From NCBI GenBank assembly GCA_050084515.1, contig CM114271.1:43524001-43588000 (forward strand): a stretch of 64,000 bases of DNA, in the 5' to 3' direction. A model generated the notes under the pieces. The model did no database searches and was not told where the DNA came from. It saw nothing but the letters and a program-made list of their open reading frames with translations. A program made the position numbers and the translations under genes. Origin of the DNA: Blasia pusilla. Lineage: Eukaryota. Below, piece by piece: positions 38,080-49,972 of this stretch; position 1 is the first letter of the stretch; each line of letters opens with the position of its first letter.

Positions 38080-41000
38080 TCATAATAGTTCTCCAGCCAA
38101 CCGTTGCAGGAACCGCTGTCCCATGGTGCAAATGTGTGCTTGACGAATTGATGGTGGATTGTGCACATTCAAAGCAGGCTGCTGAAGCAAACCTATCAAG
38201 CTGCTGACTCTTGCTTCATCCCCAGCTTTAGCATGCATATTTACAAGAAGCTCCAAAATTGGTACCTGCATCCACCAAGATTTGGACACTTACTGGTTTA
38301 CATCCTTACGAGCAAAAGATCATTTGGCAACTTTCCCCATGGAGAGCCCAGCCAGTATGGGGAAGGGCAACCCACTGGAGGAGAATATTGCAGATGCTTC
38401 TCAGCAATTTAACTCCCATGTAACTCCTTAACTCACTCCAAACCCTGTCCAGACCAGACCTTTTTTGTAGAAACCTAAAGGTGACAGACTTTTAGATCAA
38501 ATTGGGATACTTGTTCATTTCTACAAGGGAACAAAACACGACGAGCCTACTTGTGTATGCTAATTAATTGATCCATGACTTTAGTCTGCTATCCTTCTAA
38601 AAAAGAATCAACAGGTCAAAATTCTGAAAGAAGCACACGTCCATTCCTAGATCACACTATGATATTCCACGTGGTAACGCTCAATGGTCAAATATTTGCA
38701 ACATACATCCATTTGCTGGCACAAGATCGAACTGGACCTCTCCTGGTTACGAGCAGATGTTAAGCCATCATTTGTGTCAAGACATCAGACATGAATCACA
38801 CAAAAGGCATTAGAATTTATACCTCCCAGAGGCACTCAAAATAAGCTGCTGCATCCCTGTCCACAATAAGTGTGTTCTCTTGCAAAATTCTGAAAGCTGA
38901 CTCATGATCAGGCACAGGCAAACATTGGCATAGAACAGCTGCCTGTAAACCGGCACCTATTGCCCGGCATGATGCCACCATTCTTTGGATCTGCAGATAT
39001 TTTGTCAGAGTAGGTGAGCAACACGATAACTTGGCAATTTTCCTAAGGCCTTTGAAACCAGGAGGACCAAGATAAGCAAGTATCCTAACTCCACGCTCAC
39101 CCGCAAACAGATAACTTTCAAATCCATTGGAATACGCACCACCCAGCAGGTAAAGATTTCAGGGCTCATAGACGGTGCACGATCACAATAGTGTGCACTC
39201 CTTATTGCACCTGCCTGAAAATGCCACGAAAGCATGGACAGAATTTGGACATAATTAGTTCAATGATCACCCTAAGTATTCTAAAACACAGAATAAACCC
39301 ATCAGATACAGCTAAGATCCATTTTCCCACGAGCTTTGACTAGATTATGCAGGAAAATTTGAGAAAATCATTTCTTCCATTTATAAGTGATTGTACTCCA
39401 AAATCAGCTATAAATCCAAATGCCAAAGATGGCTTAGAATATACCTGCAAGTACAAGCGCAGGGCTTTGACATATGCATCGTCTTCAAACGCCAAGTCAG
39501 CCAGGCCTTGAAGCCAACGGTGCCCCTTCTCCCTGTCTCCCTCAACCACACCAGGTAAGCTAACTATCCCCTCTAACAGAACACCAAAGAGATCTCTTCC
39601 AAACTCGGGTGAGACTCGTGGTGGCACTGGACGGAGTACTGGAGGGGCATAGGGTAATGAGCCAACAGAGGGGAGGGCAGCCCCAGCTGTCACTCCTGCA
39701 AGTACTCCGTATCTTTCCACTGCTAAAGGCCAAGTCGTCAACCCTGCAGCATGACAGCGATGCAACCATCCTGCTGTCAAGCATGCAAGAGCAATCAGTG
39801 CCCGAGGATTGGAGATTTTTGAAACAAGAGGAACTCCTGCAGCACCTGGACAGTGAGGATGAGGGCTCATAGCTAATGAACTTGCCCTCCACTGAGGATT
39901 ATCATCACTTCCTTGTAGCTGCCCATCAGTCTCAACACCAATAAGCAAGCACATCAACTCTTCAAACATCTGTGAAAGTCTAGAGCCAAGGCGGGCCACA
40001 TCCTCGTTGAAGTGATTTCGCGAGGCTGCTGCCTGCAGGGACGCACAAAGTGGCATCAAATCACCCAGTGTAGTTGCCAGTTTTAGGGTCTGTAGAAGCC
40101 TCCGTTGCTTTGTCTGCACAGCTACTGGGTTTCTTTTTGTGGTGGCCTCACTGAAAGTACCACCCACTCCAAGCACTCCAGTACCTGAATCATTACGAAT
40201 CTTCGTTGCAAGTTTGGTCTCCCTAACTGGTTGGTCCTTTAATAGTGTCGATACCCATATACAGACCTCAGACAAGTTAACCCACAACTCCTTCTCAATC
40301 AGAAATAGGAGAACAAACTCCAAAAGCCCAAAGCTTGGTAAGGCACCCCTTTCACTCTTTGACGGTAAAAATCTCATACACTGATCTTCCGCTCCTCCTT
40401 CTAATTCTGTGGTCCGCTCTAAAAGCCACAGCATCATAGCACTGTCCAGATCATTTGGTTGAAAACTAAGGGCAATTTCATAAAACCTTCTTGCTACAAA
40501 GGTATCCTTGGAGATCACCAGAGCGTTGAAAGCACGGCGTCTCAAGATGGCAGCTACATCAGCTTCAAATGAGGACCAACTGCGACCAGGAAATTGGGGA
40601 GCAGGAATTTGAAACTTGGCATACAATTCATTTTGATAAGCCCTTCTACGAGAATGATGGCTGCGCAGTGTTAACCAAGAATTTCCAACCTCATGAGACT
40701 TGGGATCATTGCGCTGCAGCGAGGAATCTGTGGGATGCTGCTGACCCTGATCTGCAGGACCCAAATTCTTCCAGAATCCAGCTTCTTGAGGACTTTCATC
40801 ATGATCAGCTAAAGAGTCCTTTGATGCAGCTGCTGCTCTCCTTCCAATCTTTCTTATTGTTCCAACAAGGACTTCAATCTCAGGGACACTATCAATTTGC
40901 ACAAGACTCATGAGTATGTCGCTTTCAGTCATGGGCTCCGCATTCTCCAGGTTTGAATCATCAGACTTTTGGGAACCATCCAGAAGGGAGACTCTATTCA

Positions 41001-44000
41001 GCAAGTTAGTTGAAAGGTGACACTGTTTCAGAGGATCAGAGGGAAATTGGCAATTGAAGATAGGAAGGTCTCCCTTTTCTGCCAGGCTATGTTTCACAGC
41101 AGATTCCCAGCACCAAGGTTCATCGATGACACTGCACACATATATGGCAAGGTCAAACACCCGCTGAGCCAGGCCATACGCATCTGAATCGTTTGTTCCT
41201 TGCATGGTCTGCAGCTGCTTGAGGAACCCTAGATTTGGTAATCGGCCATTCTCTCTGGAGTCCACTGCACTTGATAGACCTCCTGCCTGAGTCTTGCTGT
41301 CTTCCATAACCTTGATGGCATGCAAGAGTTCCATCAAAAAGTCAACACTATCCTTACTGTTCTCAAACTGGTCACTTACTTTAAGGAAGGTTTGGACTGG
41401 AGCTCCCTCAAGAACAGACTTCACCAAATTGCAAGCTGCAAGTTTGCTGCGGGTCGGTTCTGACAGACTTGGATCTTTTGCAACAGAGAGACAATAACCC
41501 CAGGGCAAGTGACCCCTTAAAATGTCCTCCACAAAGGACTGAATTAAACTTCTCTCCTGTTTCACAATAAGTGTATCCTTCCCGAATTCAGACAAATTAA
41601 CCTCTGTTGGGTCACTTTTCAAATCTGCAAAAAGTTCCACTTCTGCACTGCAAGCTTTAGCGGAAGTGGAAGTCACTGCTTCCTTTTTCACAGCGTCTAT
41701 CTGTGTCCAGAAAATTCGTGCCCTGGACTTTGAATCTTCAAGATCCTTGATGTGTGCCCTGTTTTGTTCCCAATTTACACCAACTACCTCAAATCCTTTC
41801 TGTGTGTGATTCAGGTCCACTCCATTGGAGACGTGCACATCCAAATGTACCTTTGATTGAGCTGCTACTTCTCCATCATCCAGAACACCTTCTATTCCAG
41901 CCTTCCTGCTTCCAGTATCTTTGGCTTCACAATCTGACTCACCAACTAAGGTCTCAATCTCACTACCCTTTGATGCCAACTCCCCATTCGAATCTCCTCG
42001 GTATGTACATGTCCTGCTCCTCTTACTTACGTGGTGGAAGGGGCGTTCATCAGGTACTCTACCAATCATATCTGGAGATGTTTGATCATTCCTCATTGCC
42101 TCTGCATTCTCTTTCAATGAAGGAGAATCACTGCCCCCTACTTTGCTATCATCACGATCAACTTTACTAAACCTTCTGGCAACCCAACGACTCTGTTCAC
42201 AAAAGATGATAGCCCATTGGGAAGGTGATGGTGTCGCGAAAACTGACCCGCATGATTCCTGCATACCTGTATCTTTGGCTCGTCCTTTAGGAAATCCCTT
42301 GCTTTCATTTGCAGAATCTCCCAATAACAACATCCGACAAGCAATTAAGAAGCCCGCCAACCTATCTTGGGGCACAGGAGACACATACGGCATCAGTCTC
42401 GTTGTGGAAGTCAATACTGAGTCCACTGTCAATCCAATCCCGTTTTCCTTTCCAGCCATCACCCTGGGGGAAGAAAGGGCGACAAGCGCTTCTGCACACC
42501 TGGTAAAATAGTCATAAGCTTTTCTAATTCGTCCTCTCATAAAATGTACCTCTGCTACATCAAACATGACTTGGCACCTGTACTCGGTGCTTAAAGACTG
42601 CTCCTTTACTGACCCACCATTTTCTGTCACTTTGTGGAAGTTGGAATTTGTTTGCAAGTTAACAGATACCTCATCCGTAGGTGTTAACCCATCTTCCTGT
42701 AGCACCTGCTCAAGGAACTCCACAGATGCCCGTTCCTCCTCAACGCTGCTGTCTCCAATGCCACTAAAAGATGGGGCATCTCCATTTCCACTCAACAAAC
42801 CATGGAAAACTGCACTAAGGTCATCCCCCGTGGTCCAAGATCCCACCCGATTCACTTGGAAACCAGCATTCGGAGCAGCTGAACCAACAGGATGACATTG
42901 GAGTGCCTTATGAATCAGCCAACGGTGGAGGTTACATTGATGTAAAAGTAGTCTGCTTTCATCATGTCTGATTAAAGCCTTGAGAAGGACAAACTGATGC
43001 TGCTGAGACGGAAGTGAGGATTCAATATCTGACAGAGTGAGCTTTGCAGCCACTCCCACCCGTGCAGCCCTCTCACAGAGTACAGAAGCAGTTCTACTTG
43101 CCATTTTGACGGACCCTTGTGGTTCCTGCACATCATGGAGACAGTTGCGGAACTCAACCAAATCAGACATATCAGATTATGTTAACCCCAACGATACATA
43201 ATTAATACCTGACCGAGTCCGTGCAATTGTAGGCAACTGATATGTCACATGCACGAGCATTTGAGCTTTACACATTCATTTGATAATTCAAGGCAGAACA
43301 CGCTCGGGTTATTGCTACACCATGAAACCTTGTAGCAAAAAAAATCAAAATATTTCTTGCCGGGATCATCACTAGAGGAACTAGCGGACGGCGGGCACCT
43401 GCTTCTCTGGGGGAAAAATCCGACCGAAAGGTGCCAGGAACACTAGGACATACAGTGCATGTGTACATTTCATCTTAAAAGCTCGAGGTTTGCTGTTAAA
43501 GAGTTGGTAAAAACACTCCCTAAGTCGATTGCATATGTACTAATCTGCAATTTTAGACTTCCATTAGCAAGCAATTGACAACTCCATGATTGTTGCCACA
43601 TGGTAGTCATATCTTCCTTCAGAGAACCTTTCTCAGGGCCACACATTAGAACGAGCAAAGGACTTAACACACATATTACCTTCAAGCGACTCAGTTCATA
43701 AAGAACAACAAATCCTGAGTGTGGTTTCCCAACCACGTTCCGCTCAGAAAGAATTAAAATGCAAATATGAAACCCTTCCAACTAAACAGCCTTCAGAAAC
43801 CCTTTACAGATGCCTAACGGAGCAGCAGCACTTATTAGAACGACCGAAGGACCCCACTTCGTAATTTTACCAAATCTGCAACATGATCTATTAAAAGGAT
43901 ATGAACCTGAAATCAACGTCTGAAGGCTAACCAGAATCAACGCTACTCTTGCCTAGTACTGTTGGCTACACTTCCGAGGAGAATAAAACAATTAAATTTA

Positions 44001-44681
44001 CATCTGCTCGCATCTTGTAAGGACTTCCTATGTTTAAGGCCCACAAGCTTGTAGTTCGAGGACCGTTGAAGAACCACAACTCTAACGACAAAATCAGCGA
44101 CCCGTGGTCCAGTACAAGCCCAACGGCGATTTACGTCTCGTCTGGGAGTCATACTGGGTGCGCTGAAGGTCAATTTTCGGGGCGAATGGTGGATGCAGCA
44201 AAGTACTTCTCCCAGTCATATGGAATGTCGCACTCCGCTTGACTTGAAATTAAATGGCGGAGGAAGGGAAGAAAATTTTCAATTTACCGCAAATGCCCCG
44301 TATGTCCAACACTAGCACAGTGGTATTTCAAAATTGGAAATCGTCTACGACAGTAAATGACGATACTTGCAAGAAAATGCCAATTCTTTGGTCTGTAAGA
44401 TGATTCCTTTCTTCTAGAAGAATGCAAGCGAGTGAAGACCAAACCCGAGGGCATACCGCATCTTTATTTGCATTATTAGCCGAGGAGCTCCCGTGCAAGG
44501 ATTTTTGATTGACAAGAGCCTGCTCCAAAAACATGGAGATAAGATCGGGAGGAGTGGGGATCGCCGCAGGCCCCGCCGCCAGGTGCTCCTCCAGCTTGGG
44601 TGGCAGAAGTAAAAAATCGATCCATAGTGACGCCACATCGCTGCGCGTCCCACCCCTTTCCCTGTCTCGCTCTCGATCCAT
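38080..44681 (-). CDS. INTS8: Integrator complex subunit 8-like protein, 5 exons, ~1444 aa
   Basis: Exons 44681-44457, 43125-39445, 39214-39140 (alternative donor 39143), 38990-38823 and 38265-38080, all GT-AG and phase 0. The N-terminus LWIDFLLLPPKLEEHL..PTPPDLISMFLEQA and KLTLSDIESSL, and the C-terminus LYLQAGA..IQRMVASC..AVLCQCL..DHESAFRILQE..WEVPILELLV..LNVHNP..FLQRLA, match animal INTS8 as I recall it (WFEFLL..HL..P..LI..FLEQA; LQAGA..IKRMIKCC..ILCQFL..WDVTILE..LNASNP). Confidence 0.88.
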
Positions 44682-45236
44682 GGCTCCGTTCCTTTCTACA
44701 TAACTTCACTTCCCTTCCCGCACCTCACATTCTAGCATCAATCTCTCTCATCCCATCCCTCCCACGCACCTCTCGCCATTCGTCCTCGCCCTCCCCGCCC
44801 TTTCCCTTCCACCCGCCTCCTCTCCTCTCCCGAGAGAGAATGGTTAACACACTCTGAAGTCCCTCGCGGCAATAAATACTAACCACAACCTCCGTCCTCG
44901 CCACTCAATTCTGCCACTTTACGCCTTCCGATCCTGAATTCCCTACCGGGCGTCCTCCTCAAGAAAATGAAGAGCCAGCGTTCCGCCCTCCTCAAGCAAC
45001 CGAAGAAAAAGAACGACTCAATCCAGGTCGTCAGCTTCCTCCTCCTCCTCCTCCTCCTCCTCTTCCGCCTCCCCCTCCTCTCCCATTTCTGGCCGGGCCC
45101 ATGTCTGTGACCCCTCCCTCAGGTCCTCTCTCTCTCCCTCTCTTCCCTCCCTGCCTGCCTCTCAATCCCACCTCCTGCTCTCTCCGCAGAGCGACTACTG
45201 ACTGCTTTCTCTTTCCCAACGCTGCGCGCCTTCTCC

Positions 45237-45244
45237 TCTTTATA
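45237..45244 (-). promoter_or_regulatory. Candidate TATA box of the INTS8-like gene
   Basis: TATAAAGA on the minus strand in a GC-rich context, ~555 bp upstream of the ATG and followed by a purine-rich leader. Confidence 0.4.
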
Positions 45245-45711
45245 GGAGCCACGCCCATGGCTGCACACGATGCACTTTCGACCGCATGGGGCAGGCCTCT
45301 CCCCGCGATCAGAAACTGCCCGCCTCGAAACTAGGCTCCCCCGCGGCCCCGCCCTCACCAAACCGGAAACCCTCGCGGCTCCTCCTCCTTGTTTTGCGTA
45401 CCTAGTCCTCGCCCGGCCCCTTTAGAGACCTCCTCCCGCTCCGCCTCCAGATTTGGCGTGTCCTTCAGTGCGCAAGTCCGTAACGCACTCATGGACCTGC
45501 CACATGTGTGCTGTAAGCCTTCTTTCCCATTGTTAGAAATAAAGCACCGAATACATTGAGCTCCGAACCTCCAATATGGTCAGATTGTCATTCTTTTCTT
45601 TATGTTTCCTTTTAGGTTGGTTTCTTGTCGGTAGCGGATTGTTAATAAGTCGCTAATTGTTACTAGTAAGGGCGTCGTTGAGATACCTCCCATTTTTTTC
45701 TCATTTTATAA

Positions 45712-46024
45712 CATTACGATTATGCGGCTCTTTGAGAGGGGGAAGAAATTATTATTATTATTATAAACACGGTAGCATCCTGAAGGTGAAAAAATTAACA
45801 CGTCCTCCCAATATGTGTATTATTTAACCAGAAGAATAAATTTTTGAGCGATATTCAATCCTGTTAATTTTTTCACCCCTGGGCAGGATGCTATTGTGTT
45901 TATAATAATAATAATTATTTCTTCCCCATGTCAAAGAGCCGCATAATCGTAATGGCAAAGGACTGAATATAGCTCAAAAATTTAATTCTTCTTGTTAAAT
46001 AATACACATGTCAATATGGGAGGA
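45712..46024. repeat. Two interleaved inverted repeats (A-B-A'-B')
   Basis: A (45712-45800) pairs with 45862-45954, and B (45803-45862) pairs with 45959-46024. Confidence 0.9.
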
Positions 46025-47229
46025 GTGCTAAAAGCATCATGTTGACACTAATTGTTATTGAAGGAGGGTTTCCTCAAACCTTATCCTCTTGTAATAATAT
46101 AGATAAATGTAGAAAACATATGGATAGGCTAGATAGAAGAAAAAAATAAACAACCAGTATTAATAACGAGCGATATTCAATCCTTTGAGAGGGGAAAGAG
46201 ATTAATTGTAAACAAGTGTGGAAGACACGCAGATAGGTTAGATAGAGAGAAAAAATAAGGAGTGCTTGTAGGGGCCGTAAATAAGATTTTAGTGCATACA
46301 AATATTCTTACAACACAATTCTGCCGTGACTTCGGGCCTCATAATATCTCTAAATTATGAGATGTCAAATGTGTGAAAGTGTTCTAATCTTAACAAGTGT
46401 GAACTTAGCATTTGGAAGGGGCCTTCCTTTTCGAACATGCCTTCATTTCTTTGGGAGTAGAAGTACCCAAAAAAAGATAACAGCCCTCCCTAATCCCAAA
46501 AAAGATTTTTTTCTCTTATTAATCGGGGAAAAATTAGTTATCATTTCCTTTTCCAACCCCCATCTCTGAAGTAAGAAAATCATACATTTTGATCATTTTT
46601 TCTCCCAAAACGTAGTTCAAATTTCACCACAAGAGATTTATGATTGCTTGTAAGAGTCTTGCAAACCAAATTTTACGGTTGCTTTGCAAGTATATGTGAT
46701 TTGTGAGTCTACGCGGTGCGACTACAGTCTCAATTGCGTCTTCCAATAGTTGCACGTTGTTTGTGAGTCCCCATAGCCGCAAGACAAACATAAGCTATCT
46801 TGCAGCTCTTGCTACTTGCACAACAATCGCACAAACAATGGTGATGGCACACGCAAAGGAGCCCCAAGACAATTGCAATGGACTCGCAAGAGAGTCACAA
46901 ACCATACACACATCTAAGTGGGAGGTAGTGAAGAGTGAGTGCCGCTTGTTTAGTGTGAGTGATTGAGGGATTACTCGTGTGATTGAGATTGATCGTGTGA
47001 GGGGACACTAGGGTCATCCAACGTCCTTTCAAGACTTTAAGAGGCAAAGTGGTGTGCTTGAGAATAGCCCTCAGGGTATTACGCAGAGTGGCGCGAGGTT
47101 TCCAGAGTCTCCACGTGAGGGACCGTCTCCACTTCCTTTTGTGTCATCCTCAAAGGAGGGGGAGGGCGTAGAGGAGTTTGTTAGTGCATTACAATGCACG
47201 TTGAGTGGTCCTATCCTTTGGGCGTACAA

Positions 47230-49603
47230 TATGGACAAACGGGGTAGAGGCCCGCATAGGGTTTGGGAAACTATGGGTACTATATATAGAGTTGCATGAT
47301 TTCATTGCGGAGTTTAGGAGTTGGTGTGACTTGCAAAGGGCTAGAAACTCTAGAAAGTTTAGCCCTTTTACAACATGGAATGTGTTATTCCAACACCCAG
47401 AGGGGTGCCCATGGACGATTTCCATGAGTTCTCTTATAGGTACGCGGCGAAGATTGAGGCTTGGAGATTCTACTATGATCCACATTACGTGTCATGGACT
47501 AAGCCATTTCCAAATTAGGACATTTATCATTACTGATCATCAACCACTTATGTGATTGATGCACTCCAAAAAGCTTATATATAGGGAAGCTTGCTAGGTG
47601 GGCTTTATTGTTGCAGGAGTATGATTTTCAAGTGGTACATCAAACTGGGATGCTCAACCAAGATGCAGATGGTTTGAGTCGTAACCCATCCGCAAGTCAA
47701 CGAGATGCGATTGGAGCTTGTTGGCATGGAAAGGGTGACGAGGAGATGGTGCATAGATGGCACGCCGTAACCTATTTGGGATTGTTGGCTATGGATAGCC
47801 AAAGTGGCGAGACTTTGATGGTGAGGTTTGATGGAGAGCCCTAAGATTTAGAGGTGGGTGAGGAGGTGAAAAATGGCAGAGATATCCACCAGAATGGAGT
47901 AGTCTTGGAGTATTGATACCTACGTATTGGCAGCATCGCGAGCACAATTGATCCTAGAGAGCAGGATTGAATCCTACAACGAGCCACATAGTTTTGGTGG
48001 GAAGGGGCACATCTATTACAAGTTTGGAAGGATGGTAGAGTATGCATAGTGCCTCATCCTTCGCGGAGAGCACGTTTGGTGAAGCATGCCTCCAAGGAGT
48101 TGGTTCACTTTGGAGTGAAGTGGACGTACACCTTGCTCCAAATACATTATTGGTGGCGAGGCATGTAGACTAATGTTCAACAGTTTGTTACTAGATGCAT
48201 GGTGTGTGATCGAGTTTGGGCATTATTCAATGCTCCAACTCCACAATTGCATCCACTACCAATCATAGGTTTAGGTTATGGATGGAGTTTGGATTTTGCA
48301 GGACCTTCATCTTTGACGGAGCGTCATATATAGTCTTTATGTCTTGGTGATGGTCAAGCACTTCTCGAAGTGGATAGAGTCGGTTGCATTTCCAAAAAAG
48401 CAAGTGAGGGAGTATCATATGCCTTCCGGGATTGAGTGTTTTGTCATTATGGTGTACCGCATGAGGTGTTGATAGACCAGGGTACAGAGTTTCAGGCCTC
48501 GTATGACCAGACGCTTATCGACCAACGCACTAGGTTGCGAGATCATCCTAAGGCGGATGGATTAGCTAAGAGAGTTGTTCATACATTGAAGAGAGGTTAC
48601 ACAAGTATCGCTTGTAGAGAGGTCACATAGGAGATTGGGACCTATAGTTGCCATGGTTGGCAATGGGATACACATTAAGTTGGCAGGTATCCTTAGCATC
48701 TTTCTCACCATATTTGTTGCTTTATGACCAAGAATTTGATTTACCTACGACTTCTCGTCACGATGCCGGTGACTTGTTGAACCTTGATGATCCAGATGTA
48801 TGGATGTAAGCATGTTCTCAAAGGGCTGAGTTATTTTGGAGAGTTATGCCCATGTCGTTTAAGAACTTGGCGATTATGCAACATTGGGATACTTTGAGGT
48901 ACGGGACTATTCGAGAAGGGATTTATCGCTCGACGATCTGGAGGTTTCATCAAGGAGACTATGTCTACTTGCAACATATGGCACCTATCATGTTGGATAT
49001 GAGCGTAGGGTGTGCATCATTTTGAGAGTGCGTGATGTATTGCCATATGGTGTTCTCTTATTAGAGGGACCATATGCGTAACTGTGTGTCATGTCACCTT
49101 CCAATTATTGATGGTACAACTGATTCGAGCTTAGCGTTAGTTCTTCAAGCTTGGATTATACATATGTTTTGCAACTCAATTATCTCGATGTTTAGATATC
49201 ATGAGTTAGTATGGTATCATGTATGTTTGTATGTGTATTCGGTGATATCGACGTATGTTATATATGAATATGTACGTGCATAATAACTCTCACGTCTTCT
49301 AGGATAGATCAACAAGTTTTGGTAGAGCACCTTTGAGGGTATTAAAGGACGACCTTGAAAGATCAAGGGTGACCTATTGAGGCCTTTGGTAGCCAGAGAG
49401 AGCATGTTTCCCCTTCGTTTCGGCTCATTTGGAGCTATATAGAGAAATTTGCTAATTTTGGGAAGTTACCATTACAATTAGAGTTGACTTTCTACTTTTG
49501 GAAGTGGCCCTTGACCCCTTGCAACATGTCAAGAGCCAAGAAGGTGACATGCAAGCACATGTTACCATGGAGAAAGGTTGGGAGAGGGAAGGGGGTGTAC
49601 CCA

Positions 49604-49669
<66 letters not shown>

Positions 49670-49972
49670 TAGGACTTATTATTTCTTTGTTGAACCTCTT
49701 GACATGGGGCGGTGGAGCTATGGTCCTCCTTTTTTTGTAAGTAATCCAAGCCTCTCATTAGGAGAGTGGGTTTGGTTTGACATGAGAGAGAGAGAGATGG
49801 AGATTGTGTGCATAATGTGAGATATCTGAGTGCTTGTGATTTATTGGAGATATTTTGTTACTCGATTGTCTCGATGATTAGATGCCATGAGTTAGCATGG
49901 TATCTTGTGTGTTTGTATGTGTATTCAATGACAACAATGCATGTTGTGTAGCGTTGTGTATGCACACAATAC
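47230..49972 (+). mobile_element. Ty3/gypsy retrotransposon remnant (gag-like piece, RNase H, integrase, probable 3' LTR)
   Basis: [34 protein letters not shown] (RNase H), H...HFG..YWWRGM..CMVC (integrase Zn finger), WSLDFAGP, YGVPHEVLIDQGTEF and HPKADGLAKRVVHTLK. The RH-INT order is gypsy. A ~115-bp direct repeat starting TG lies at 49170 and 49856. Confidence 0.88.
49606..49666. repeat. (GA)n microsatellite
   Basis: About 30 GA units. Confidence 0.98.

Noticed and set aside
37089-38168. Short ORFs downstream of INTS8 as a separate gene
   Set aside because: No recognisable domain or consistent exon chain. Probably 3' UTR or intergenic DNA.
39340-43170. 1276-aa ORF as a stand-alone intronless gene
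   Set aside because: Both ends run into introns. Splice sites at 43125 and 39445 link it to conserved INTS8 exons.
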